Made by a program: the position numbers and the translations under genes. From Bacillota bacterium (lineage in GTDB: Bacteria > Bacillota > JAAYKD01): DNA of 64,000 nt. Below, piece after piece: positions 27,271 to 36,921 of this stretch. The stretch is taken from assembly GCA_963666425.2 (NCBI GenBank), contig OY762825.2, positions 1,728,001 through 1,792,000 on the forward strand, written 5' to 3'. The notes under the pieces are model-generated. The model ran no database searches, was not told where the DNA came from, and saw only the letters and a list, made by a program, of their open reading frames with translations. Position 1 is the stretch's first letter. Every line of letters starts with the position of its first letter.

Positions 27271-28703
27271 TCGCCAACACCTACCTTTACTTTGCGAAAG
27301 CGTGCCGGTGCGGCACCGTGTCCGACATTGATAACTTGGATGGGTTCACCTTTGGCACAGCCCGGCATACCCCAAACACGCCACTCGTCATCACCTTTAC
27401 CGGCAACCGCATCGCAGGAGCCCCAAAATTCGGGAGTCAGTGCGGTGTAAGCCGGATTTTTCAGCAGGCGGCCGATCTCGCCATCGACAATTTCATAAGC
27501 CATTTCGGAACCGAAGTGAAAGTTCATGCGCTTATCATCCAAAGACCAGCTCTTGGGTTCAAAAACAAAAACACCTTTTTTGGTGTCCCGGATGATTTCG
27601 TCTGTCGTCCAATCGCCCGGTTCCAGGTTGATATTGGTCATCCGAACCAGCGGCAGATTCATCCAACCAACCGCCCGCATGGTGCCGTTGGAAGTCAGGC
27701 CAAAGTTGCCGGCGGTTTCCCGTGAAGTGAGGTAGTTGGTAAAAATGCCATGATCGATAATTGGGGTGCGCTGAGCCGGCACGCCTTCGTCGTCATAAAA
27801 GAAGGAGCCCATGGCATCTGGAATGGTGGCATCCGCTACAATATTGACTGCGTCTGAACCATAGCGGAAGTGTTTGCCATACAAATCGGGAGTCAGAAAG
27901 CTAGTACCGGCATAGGTCGATTCGCTGCCCAGCACACGGTCGAGTTCCACGGGGTGACCGCAGGATTCGTGCACCTGCAGGGCGGCCATCGCACCATTCA
28001 TGATCAGATCGGTGCAGCCCTTGGGACAAACCTCCGCCTTCAGCAAAGCAGAGGCATCGGCGGCAAGCTGCGCGGCTGTCTCGACCAAATGCATGGCTTC
28101 CACTGCTTCAAAACCGGCATTCTTGTAGTCCGACCAGGAGCGGCGCTGCATGTCATGATTGCCGCGGGCGTAGGCTTCGATGCCGGCGCCGCATTGGGTA
28201 ATCTCTTGTTCAATCCAGGCGCCTTCCGTACTGGCGAAAATCTGTTGATTGCGGCTGGTCAGGATATGGCCGGTCGTTACAGCGATCTCCGGTAGCTGGA
28301 TCATCGCCGCATGACAATCCTGCAGCAGCGCGGTCATTTCATCCAAAGGAACCTGGAAGGGATCCTTTTCTACCTTAACGGCAAACTTGCCGTCTGCCGG
28401 CTCAAGCGGGGTAAGGGAAATATCCTTTAACTTGCTGCTGGCGCTGGCTTTGGCGATGGCGATGGCCTGCCTGACGGTGTTTTCCCAGTCCTGCATCTCC
28501 AGAGAGGGAGTGGAAGCAAAGCCCCAGCCGCCATCTACAATCACCCGGATACCGATGCCCTGATCGCTGCTGCTGGTCAGGCTTTGCACCATACCGTTGC
28601 GCAAAATCAGCGGTTGGCTTTGCCGTTCACCTAAGCGCAGATCGGCATAGGAGGCACCGCTGCGGCTGGCCAGAGCCAGCAATTCCTGAAGTTGATCTCT
28701 CAT
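27267..28703 (-). CDS. tldD: TldD-family metalloprotease
   Basis: GIGIRVIVDGGWGFAS, zinc motif HESCGHPVELDR, YDDEG, RMTN, CAKGEP. Confidence 0.88.
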   Translation of the reverse strand: MRDQLQELLALASRSGASYADLRLGERQSQPLILRNGMVQSLTSSSDQGIGIRVIVDGGWGFASTPSLEMQDWENTVRQAIAIAKASASSKLKDISLTPLEPADGKFAVKVEKDPFQVPLDEMTALLQDCHAAMIQLPEIAVTTGHILTSRNQQIFASTEGAWIEQEITQCGAGIEAYARGNHDMQRRSWSDYKNAGFEAVEAMHLVETAAQLAADASALLKAEVCPKGCTDLIMNGAMAALQVHESCGHPVELDRVLGSESTYAGTSFLTPDLYGKHFRYGSDAVNIVADATIPDAMGSFFYDDEGVPAQRTPIIDHGIFTNYLTSRETAGNFGLTSNGTMRAVGWMNLPLVRMTNINLEPGDWTTDEIIRDTKKGVFVFEPKSWSLDDKRMNFHFGSEMAYEIVDGEIGRLLKNPAYTALTPEFWGSCDAVAGKGDDEWRVWGMPGCAKGEPIQVINVGHGAAPARFRKVKVGVGE

Positions 28704-29392
28704 TTTTCTTTTCCTTTCGCGGCCGGATATTCAGTACAGAGTAAACGTAAGGGCGCTTCATCCTCCTCAATGGTGGGAAAACGTCCGACCGGCTCGTAGA
28801 AATGATTGTCTGTGGTATCATCATTACACTGCGAAACCTCGCCGATCAGAACCGGTCCGTACCCTTTTTCCGCCCAAAAGGCGTGATAAACCCGCGGCAG
28901 CAGGGTAATGCTTTCTCCCGGCGCCAAGCGGACAATGCCGCCAGCCGGGATGGAATAGTGTCTGCCGTCCTGCTGCAGCAAAACCGGTGTATCCAGTAAA
29001 TCATCCTGCTCGCCGGCTTGATAAAGCTGCATCATTAAAAAGCCGCCGCCCCGGTTGATAATATCCTCCATTTTAAACCAATGAAAATGCAGGGGACAGA
29101 CTTGGTTCTCTTCGCTGATCAGTATTTTTTCGGCATAAGGTTTTTGATACTGTTCAAGATGGCGATTGCCGTTGCGGATGGTTACCAGGGTCAAACCAAT
29201 TTCGCTGAACCTTCCCAACCCATAATCGGTAATATCCCAGCCCAGCATATTATCGCGCACCTCATCATATTCGGCGCCTTTGTTCAGCCACTCGGCCGGT
29301 GTAAAGGCGGCGAAGGGAGGCAGAGCAAAATTATACTGCCGGCAGAGATCCAAAGCCCGACGGATCTGATAGTTGATTTCGGAACGCTGCAT
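28700..29392 (-). CDS. D-lyxose/D-mannose family sugar isomerase (cupin)
   Basis: GWDITDYG, PYAEKI, PLHFHWFKMEDIINRGGG, GEVSQCNDD. Start at ATG 29392 with AAGGAG RBS. Confidence 0.9.
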   Translation of the reverse strand: MQRSEINYQIRRALDLCRQYNFALPPFAAFTPAEWLNKGAEYDEVRDNMLGWDITDYGLGRFSEIGLTLVTIRNGNRHLEQYQKPYAEKILISEENQVCPLHFHWFKMEDIINRGGGFLMMQLYQAGEQDDLLDTPVLLQQDGRHYSIPAGGIVRLAPGESITLLPRVYHAFWAEKGYGPVLIGEVSQCNDDTTDNHFYEPVGRFPTIEEDEAPLRLLCTEYPAAKGKEK

Positions 29393-29439
29393 ACAATCAA
29401 ACTCCTTTATTATGAAATCATCAGACAAATCCCGTAAAG

Positions 29440-30411
29440 CTAGAACAGCTGGTCAGGGAAAATCAATTTTGCTGTCTGGGTGCGGCAAGCTTCGATCTCT
29501 GCCAGGGTTGGCATGGCGGACATGCTGCCTTTTTTGCCGGCACAGAGGGCTCCGGCACAATTGGCATAATCCGCAATCTCAGCAATCCGGCTGAGCGGGA
29601 TCTCCGCCAACGGTTTCTTTTCATCCAACAATAAACTTAAGGCGCAGCCGAAGAAAGCATCCCCGCAGCCGGTGGTATCGATGATGCAGGTATCATAAGT
29701 TGGCAAATAACCAAAGCCAGCGGCAGTCCGATAGACGCAGCCGCGCGCGCCCAACGTCACAAAAACAAGTTCAGGACCTTGGCTAAGAATTGCCGCGCTG
29801 CCTTGGGTCAGGTCGTTCGTGCCGGTGAGGAATTCAAGCTCTTCCCAGCTGAGCTTGACAATATTCGCCAATTGCAAACCGCTCTTCAGTTGCTCAGCAG
29901 CCTCTTCCAGATTAGGCCAGAGCGACGGCCTAAAATTCGGATCGTATGAGACGGGAATCGCCATACAGCGGGCAAATTGAACCGCTGCCAAGGTAGCGTC
30001 CCGTGCCGGCTGATGCGTGAGCGAAACAGAGCCGAAATGCAGCAAACGGGCCAGACCGATGCGTTGGTAATCCAATCGATCGGCAGTCAGTAAGGTATCA
30101 GCACCGGGATTGCGGATAAAAGAGAAAGAACGGTTACCGTCTTCTGCCAAGTGAATGAAAGCCAAAGTGGTGGGGGATTCCTCTGTACGCTGCAAACCGC
30201 TTGTATCAACCGCATAACTCTTCAGATCTGCTTCCAGCAGATCTCCGAAAAAATCCGCGCCAACCATACCAAGGAAGGCTGTTTTTTTACCGAGCCGCTC
30301 GGCAGCGACCAGCAGATTGGCCGGCGCACCGCCCGGATTGGCGCGATAACTGCGATCTCCCAGCGGCGTAAAGTCGATCAATAATTCACCTATGGCCGTT
30401 ATATCAAACAA
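29440..30411 (-). CDS. PfkB-family carbohydrate kinase (fructokinase-like)
   Basis: IGELLIDF, GGAPAN, YDPNFR, DTTGCGDAF. Confidence 0.92.
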   Translation of the reverse strand: MFDITAIGELLIDFTPLGDRSYRANPGGAPANLLVAAERLGKKTAFLGMVGADFFGDLLEADLKSYAVDTSGLQRTEESPTTLAFIHLAEDGNRSFSFIRNPGADTLLTADRLDYQRIGLARLLHFGSVSLTHQPARDATLAAVQFARCMAIPVSYDPNFRPSLWPNLEEAAEQLKSGLQLANIVKLSWEELEFLTGTNDLTQGSAAILSQGPELVFVTLGARGCVYRTAAGFGYLPTYDTCIIDTTGCGDAFFGCALSLLLDEKKPLAEIPLSRIAEIADYANCAGALCAGKKGSMSAMPTLAEIEACRTQTAKLIFPDQLF

Positions 30412-30772
30412 AACATCACCTCATCCATCTCATTGTATTCGTTGATCATTGCATTCGAGAAGGCGGCAGGTTTTTCCTTTTGAGGAATTTGCATGCCGCT
30501 GCGGATTTGTTCCGCTTATTCTTTTTAACTGTTGCATGGCAGTAAAATATTCTATGGAAAATCGTCCTATTTTGTCTGAATGATCGTCTTTTATAAATTA
30601 CTTCTAGGCAATCAAGGCGGCTAAGCCGCTTATGGATAGTTTTGCATAATCAGTACAAGGATTGCGAGCCATTGACGGCGAATTTAAAGAATAGTTCGAG
30701 TGGATGAAACTCGCGTTTGTTTCATTGAGATTATTGCCGGTACCCGTGTCTTTGGGGTAGAAAGGATTGTCT

Positions 30773-31438
30773 ATGAGCGATTACGGTAGGTTGTCCAGGG
30801 TGGTGCGTCAAATTGTCCGCGCTCTTATTCCAACTTACAGGGTAAAAAGCGATTTTGATGTCCCGTCACCGGCAGTATTTTTATGTCGTCATAATAACTT
30901 GTTGGGACCGCAGACTGTGATCGCCTGGTACCCTAACTATCTGCGCACCTGGGTGCTGCACGTGTTTATGGAAAAAGAAGCTTGTTATCGACAATATGTC
31001 GACTTTACTTTTACCAAGCGTTTTGGTTGGCCAAAGTGGGTCGCGCAGTCTGTAGCTAGAGTTGTCAGCCCCTTTGTCGTGAATTTGATGGCTTCTTTGG
31101 GAGCGATTCCGGTTTATCGCGATTCGATGAAGTCGATCCGAACCATTAAAGAAACATTGAAAGCGCTGATTGCCGGTGATACCGTACTGATTTTCCCGGA
31201 TGTTGATTATACAGCGACGCATGCCGAAGTGCGAAAGGTGTATGAAGGTTTTCTTTATCTGGAACGTTATTATTATAACAAGACAGGCAAACATTTACCC
31301 TTTGTACCGCTGCGCCTGGATCAGGAACATCAGGAAATTGTGGTAGAAGAAGCGGTATGTTTTGCCGATGGTATTGATTTTTTCGATCAGAAAGAATCAA
31401 TCCTGGATAAGATCCAGGCAAGAATCAGCGGTGGATAG
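30773..31438 (+). CDS. PlsC-like glycerolipid acyltransferase
   Basis: VFLCRHN, GAIPVYR, VLIFPD. Confidence 0.7.
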   Translation: MSDYGRLSRVVRQIVRALIPTYRVKSDFDVPSPAVFLCRHNNLLGPQTVIAWYPNYLRTWVLHVFMEKEACYRQYVDFTFTKRFGWPKWVAQSVARVVSPFVVNLMASLGAIPVYRDSMKSIRTIKETLKALIAGDTVLIFPDVDYTATHAEVRKVYEGFLYLERYYYNKTGKHLPFVPLRLDQEHQEIVVEEAVCFADGIDFFDQKESILDKIQARISGG

Positions 31439-31477
31439 TGAGACATGAACCGATTTCCATAACAGAGAATGTATTTG

Positions 31478-31523
31478 AAGGTGTCTGATGCGTTGCGTGA
31501 AGCAACGCATCAGACACCTTTTT
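31478..31523 (+). terminator. Intrinsic terminator
   Basis: Perfect 19-bp stem AAGGTGTCTGATGCGTTGC/GCAACGCATCAGACACCTT followed by a T-run. Confidence 0.85.
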
Positions 31524-31968
31524 GCATTCCGGATTTATTCCACGGCATTTGATGCTTTTTGTCGGATAATTGATGTTGATAAAAAACAAAATGAAAGTGA
31601 GAAATGAAATTCAATCTATATTTCGATAGATTAAATATTTAATGTGTCGAAATATTAGTGAATGCAAGATTATGAGATATCGGATAGTATCAATTATGGA
31701 TTAATATGGGAAATTATGACGAATAAAAAAATAAATAATTAAGTAAATAATATAGAAGGGATAGAAAATGAAGTTACAGAATAGAAAATTATATGGTTTA
31801 TGTATATATACCATTATATGTAATCCGTGTACTCTTGGTGAGCAATGTTGGAAATTCCTTATTATTACATGTAAATATCGTTCGGACAATTGCTCAATTC
31901 TCTTTGGAAGGAGGAGTGACTGAAAAAAGAACCCTATCAATCGATTTATGCCGGAAGGAAGTGAGGAT

Positions 31969-32037
31969 ATTCGGAAGAGTTTGCCGTTGATGAAACGACA
32001 GGAGCTTGAGCTAAGAGATTAAGCGGACTTTCTGAAT
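31969..32037 (+). other. Candidate structured 5' leader RNA of the SLH protein gene
   Basis: Outer stem ATTCGGAAGAGTT/GGACTTTCTGAAT encloses two hairpins and lies about 40 nt upstream of the start codon. Confidence 0.4.
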
Positions 32038-32076
32038 CAAAGCAATTCTTGCAATGAGAAAATAGGAGGAAAATAA

Positions 32077-35000
32077 ATGAGGAGACGAATAGTACCCGTT
32101 TTACTGACCCTGTTGATGGTAATCGCCATGTTTTCAACGACAGTGCTGGCAGCGGAATTCTCTGATATGCCAAATGATTGGTCAACGGCAGCTTTGGAAA
32201 AAGCAGTTGAAAATGGGCTGATCGTAGGTGATAATGGTCATATACGAGCCGGAGATCATTTGACAAGAGCTCAGATGGCCGCAATTGTAAATAGAGCATT
32301 CGGTACGACGGAAATGGTCGCTATTGATCAATTTACTGATGTGGAAATCGGAGCCTGGTATTATGATGATATGGCAAAAGCCGTTCAAATGAAAACTTTC
32401 GTTGGGGATGGCAATAAGCTTTATCCAGAAAATCCAATTACAAGGGAAGAAGCGTTTGCTGTTCTTGCGAGAGCCCTGAAGTTAACGGGAGCAAGCAGCG
32501 ACAAATTGGATGTTTTTTCGGATAAAACTTCAATAAGTGAATGGGCACTTGATGAAGTAGCTTCGTTGGCTTCTGCGGGATATGTGAATGGATCCAATGG
32601 CAGAATCTTAGCGAAAGACTTTATTACAAGAGCAGAATTTGCGCAGTTAATGGATAATTTAGTCAGCCACTATATTACAAAAGCTGCTACTTACACAGAG
32701 AATTACAGTGGAAATGTTATGGTCAATGTACCTGGCGTTATTTTAAAGAATTTAACCATTACAGGTGATTTGATCATTGGTGATGGCGTTGGTAATGGAG
32801 AAGTAACTCTGGATGGGGTTACGGTAACCGGACGCACTCTGGTTCGCGGCGGCGGAGAAAATTCAGTGAAACTGCTTAATAATTCTAATTTGCAGAATAT
32901 TATTATCGCACGTGTCGACGGTGTGGTCAGAATCTATGCGGAAGATGGAACCGAAATTGGCGAAACTACGATCGATGGATCTGATAATGTAACCTTGGAA
33001 GGCAATTTTGGCACGATCACGTTATTAGCGAATGATGTAACTGTTACCGCAACCAATGCCAATATTGAAGCCGCGACAATTGACGGTGATAATTCTCAAA
33101 TTATCGTTGGAGCTACCTCAAACATCGGAACCGTAACCATGAATTCAAATGATGCTACTCTTGAAGTTATGGGTGCAGTGACTACTGTTTTATCTACAGA
33201 GACTGCTCAAAATTCGACGATTATTGCATCAGAAAATGCGACAATCGAATCGATTACAGCGAACAGTGAGAGTTCAGTCCAAGGGAATGGCACAGTTACG
33301 AACGTTACCGCAAATGCAGCAGTAACGGTTGAAACTCAAAATACCACTGTGACAGTTGGCGAGAATTTATCCGGAATTCTGATTAATGGTGAAGAAGTTG
33401 CTGCAGGGGAAGCAATAGTGACACCTGGAGAATTACCGCCTGTAATTGTACCTACAACTCCTATTGAAGAACCGGAACAAATCGTTTATATTCATGCAAG
33501 TATGGTGCCAACCGGCTTAACAGGGATTCATAATAATAAGATATACCAGGAATTCCAATTAAAGGTTGGTACAACAGTTATTGATCTGAGTGCGACCAGT
33601 GTTGCAAGCATTAGAGTTATTAAGCCTGGTACAATTGTCGCTGCAACATTGACACCGGATACAGACAGCACCTTATGGTTCAATGTACAGAATGTGACCG
33701 GCGAATATTCTTACCTTGTTACTGATCGAACCGGTAAAAATTACGAAGCCACCTTAGCCTGGACAGCACCGCTTACAGTAAACGCAGCGGCAACCGGTTT
33801 ATCCGGAGAGCACGAAAGCATATTCTATGCAGAATATAGCTTAGGAGCTCTGAATCTCTCCAGCTTTGATGCGATGTATGAAATCAAAGCGGATGGAAGC
33901 GTTGTTGCTCTGACAGCCAACACGGACACGAACCTCTGGTTTAATGTAGGAAGCCCATTGGGATCTTACAGCTTCCTCATAAAACAAGGCAATGTCTGGA
34001 GCCAGGCAGTGATTGAACAGACACCGATCGCAGCGAATCTGGTAACAACCAACTTAACCGGAATTCACAATAATAAGGTATATCAGGAATTCCAATTAAA
34101 GGTTGGTACCACCGTTATTGATCTGAGCGCAGCCAACATAACAAGCCTTACTGTATTAAAACCGGGTGAAACCACAGTCACCACCCTCACACCGGACACA
34201 GACAGCACTTTATGGTTCAATGTGCAGAACGCAGCCGGTAATCATGTATTCACCGTTGTTGACACGCTAGGCAGAACCTATACAGCAACCTTAGTCTGGA
34301 CAGTACCTGCAGCGGTCAACGCAGTAGCAACCGGTTTATCCGGAGAGCACGAAGGCGTATTCTATGCAGAATATAGCTTAGGAGCTCTGAATCTCTCCAG
34401 CTTTGATGCGATGTATGAAATCAAACCGGATGGCAGTATTGTAGCTCTGACGGCCAACACAGACACGAACCTCTGGTTTAATGTAGGAAGCCCATTGGGA
34501 TCTTATACCTTCCTCGTAAAACAAGGCAATGTCTGGAGCCAGGCAGTGATTGAACAGGCCCCGATCGCAGCGAATCTGGTAACAACCAACTTAACCGGAA
34601 TTCATAGCAATAAGGTATATCAGGAATTCCAATTAAAGGTTGGTACCACCGTTATTGATCTGAGCGCGGCCAACGTGGCAAGTCTGACCGTATTAAAACC
34701 GGGTGAAACCACAGCCACCACCCTGACACCGGATACGGACAGCACCTTATGGTTCAATGTGCAGAATGCAGCCGGTAATCATGTATTCACCGTTGTTGAC
34801 ACGCTAGGCAGAACCTATACAGCAACCTTAGTCTGGACAGTACCTGCAGTGGTTAACGCGGCGGCAACCGGTTTATCCGGAGAACACGAAGGCGTATTCT
34901 ATGCGGAATATAGCTTAGGAGCTCTGAATCTCTCCAGCTTTGACGCGATGTATGAAATCAAAGCGGATGGAAGCGTTGTAGCTCTGACAGCCAACACAGA

Positions 35001-36714
35001 CACCAACCTCTGGTTTAATGTAGGAAGTCCATTGGGATCTTACACCTTCCTCGTAAAACAAGGCAATGTCTGGAGCCAGGCAGTGATCGAACAGACACCG
35101 ATCGCAGCGAATCTGGTAACAACCAACTTAACAGGAATTCACAATAATAAGGTATATCAGGAATTCCAATTAAAGGTTGGTACCACCGTTATTGATCTGA
35201 GCGCAGCCAACATAACAAGCCTTACTGTATTAAAACCGGGTGAAACCACAGTCACCACCCTCACACCGGACACAGACAGCACTTTATGGTTCAATGTGCA
35301 GAACGCAGCCGGTAATCATGTATTCACCGTTGTTGACACGCTAGGCAGAACCTATACGGCCACTTTAGCCTGGACAGCACCGCTTACAGTAAACGCAGCG
35401 GCAACCGGTTTATCCGGAGAGCACGAAAGCATATTCTATGCAGAATATAGCTTAGGAGCTCTGAATCTCTCCAGCTTTGATGCGATGTATGAAATCAAAG
35501 CGGATGGAAGCGTTGTTGCTCTGACAGCCAACACGGACACGAACCTCTGGTTTAATGTAGGAAGCCCATTGGGATCTTACAGCTTCCTCGTAAAACAAGG
35601 CAATGTCTGGAGCCAGGCAGTGATTGAACAGACACCGATCGCAGCGAATCTGGTAACAACCAACTTAACCGGAATTCACAATAATAAGGTATATCAGGAA
35701 TTCCAATTAAAGGTTGGTACCACCGTTATTGATCTGAGCGCAGCCAACATAACAAGCCTTACTGTATTAAAACCGGGTGAAACCACAGTCACCACCCTCA
35801 CACCGGACACAGACAGCACTTTATGGTTCAATGTGCAGAACGCAGCCGGTAATCATGTATTCACCGTTGTTGACACGCTAGGCAGAACCTATACAGCAAC
35901 CTTAGTCTGGACAGTACCTGCAGCGGTCAACGCAGTAGCAACCGGTTTATCCGGAGAGCACGAAGGCGTATTCTATGCAGAATATAGCTTAGGAGCTCTG
36001 AATCTCTCCAGCTTTGATGCGATGTATGAAATCAAACCGGATGGCAGTATTGTAGCTCTGACGGCCAACACAGACACGAACCTCTGGTTTAATGTAGGAA
36101 GCCCATTGGGATCTTATACCTTCCTCGTAAAACAAGGCAATGTCTGGAGCCAGGCAGTGATTGAACAGGCCCCGATCGCAGCGAATCTGGTAACAACCAA
36201 CTTAACCGGAATTCATAGCAATAAGGTATATCAGGAATTCCAATTAAAGGTTGGTACCACCGTTATTGATCTGAGCGCGGCCAACGTGGCAAGTCTGACC
36301 GTATTAAAGCCGGGTGAAACCACAGCCACCACCCTCATACCGGATACGGACAGCACCTTATGGTTCAATGTGCAGAATGCAGCCGGTAATCATGTATTCA
36401 CTGTCGTTGACAATTACGGCAAAACCTACGAAGCCACCTTGGTCTGGACAGCGCCGGTAATGGTAACCGTAGAGGAAACTGGTCGGTCAGGAGAACACGA
36501 AGGCATATTATATGCAGAATGTACCTTGGGCACTCTGGATCTCTCCAGCTTTGATGCGATGTATGAAATCAAACCGGATGGAAGCGTTGTTGCTCTGACA
36601 GCCAACACAGATACCAACCTCTGGTTTAATCAAAGTAGTCCTGTGGGAGTCTACATCTTCCTTGTAAAACAAGGCAGTGTATGGAGCGAGGCAGTAATAG
36701 ATCTTAATAACTAG
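32077..36714 (+). CDS. S-layer homology (3x SLH) surface protein with a beta-rich middle and six 179-aa repeats
   Basis: Signal peptide, three SLH motifs (LTRAQMA, ITREEAF, ITRAEFA), NLTITGDLIIGDGVGNG region, Pro-rich linker, repeats. Confidence 0.92.
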   Translation: MRRRIVPVLLTLLMVIAMFSTTVLAAEFSDMPNDWSTAALEKAVENGLIVGDNGHIRAGDHLTRAQMAAIVNRAFGTTEMVAIDQFTDVEIGAWYYDDMAKAVQMKTFVGDGNKLYPENPITREEAFAVLARALKLTGASSDKLDVFSDKTSISEWALDEVASLASAGYVNGSNGRILAKDFITRAEFAQLMDNLVSHYITKAATYTENYSGNVMVNVPGVILKNLTITGDLIIGDGVGNGEVTLDGVTVTGRTLVRGGGENSVKLLNNSNLQNIIIARVDGVVRIYAEDGTEIGETTIDGSDNVTLEGNFGTITLLANDVTVTATNANIEAATIDGDNSQIIVGATSNIGTVTMNSNDATLEVMGAVTTVLSTETAQNSTIIASENATIESITANSESSVQGNGTVTNVTANAAVTVETQNTTVTVGENLSGILINGEEVAAGEAIVTPGELPPVIVPTTPIEEPEQIVYIHASMVPTGLTGIHNNKIYQEFQLKVGTTVIDLSATSVASIRVIKPGTIVAATLTPDTDSTLWFNVQNVTGEYSYLVTDRTGKNYEATLAWTAPLTVNAAATGLSGEHESIFYAEYSLGALNLSSFDAMYEIKADGSVVALTANTDTNLWFNVGSPLGSYSFLIKQGNVWSQAVIEQTPIAANLVTTNLTGIHNNKVYQEFQLKVGTTVIDLSAANITSLTVLKPGETTVTTLTPDTDSTLWFNVQNAAGNHVFTVVDTLGRTYTATLVWTVPAAVNAVATGLSGEHEGVFYAEYSLGALNLSSFDAMYEIKPDGSIVALTANTDTNLWFNVGSPLGSYTFLVKQGNVWSQAVIEQAPIAANLVTTNLTGIHSNKVYQEFQLKVGTTVIDLSAANVASLTVLKPGETTATTLTPDTDSTLWFNVQNAAGNHVFTVVDTLGRTYTATLVWTVPAVVNAAATGLSGEHEGVFYAEYSLGALNLSSFDAMYEIKADGSVVALTANTDTNLWFNVGSPLGSYTFLVKQGNVWSQAVIEQTPIAANLVTTNLTGIHNNKVYQEFQLKVGTTVIDLSAANITSLTVLKPGETTVTTLTPDTDSTLWFNVQNAAGNHVFTVVDTLGRTYTATLAWTAPLTVNAAATGLSGEHESIFYAEYSLGALNLSSFDAMYEIKADGSVVALTANTDTNLWFNVGSPLGSYSFLVKQGNVWSQAVIEQTPIAANLVTTNLTGIHNNKVYQEFQLKVGTTVIDLSAANITSLTVLKPGETTVTTLTPDTDSTLWFNVQNAAGNHVFTVVDTLGRTYTATLVWTVPAAVNAVATGLSGEHEGVFYAEYSLGALNLSSFDAMYEIKPDGSIVALTANTDTNLWFNVGSPLGSYTFLVKQGNVWSQAVIEQAPIAANLVTTNLTGIHSNKVYQEFQLKVGTTVIDLSAANVASLTVLKPGETTATTLIPDTDSTLWFNVQNAAGNHVFTVVDNYGKTYEATLVWTAPVMVTVEETGRSGEHEGILYAECTLGTLDLSSFDAMYEIKPDGSVVALTANTDTNLWFNQSSPVGVYIFLVKQGSVWSEAVIDLNN
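33490..36711 (+). repeat. Six tandem in-frame 537-bp repeats
   Basis: CAGGAATTCCAATTAAAGG recurs at 33547, 34084, 34621, 35158, 35695 and 36232, an exact 537-bp period. Confidence 0.97.
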
Positions 36715-36847
36715 TTTAAACAAGATAAAGTTTCTATTTCGCGAACCGTCCTTTTCCGATGTAATAGAAAAACGGATAAGCAAGAGACTGTTCAAGCGGA
36801 AATCTTCTCTTGTTCGCTTTTGAATCATGGAGAATGAACTAGATATG

Positions 36848-36884
36848 AAAAAATCGCCTTTCAGAAAATGAAAGGCGATTTTTT
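36848..36884. terminator. Bidirectional intrinsic terminator
   Basis: AAAAAATCGCCTTTCA-GAAAA-TGAAAGGCGATTTTTT. Confidence 0.85.
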
Positions 36885-36921
36885 AATTCCAGTATTTGAA
36901 ATGAGATAGTTGAATGATCAA

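Noticed and set aside
31701-32299. Short ORFs in the AT-rich region upstream of the SLH gene
   Set aside because: Low-complexity, no RBS, mutually overlapping; better explained as promoter/leader DNA.
33490-36711. Repeats interpreted as a CRISPR array or diversity-generating retroelement
   Set aside because: They are contiguous in-frame coding repeats with no spacers, and no cas or reverse transcriptase gene is present in the window.
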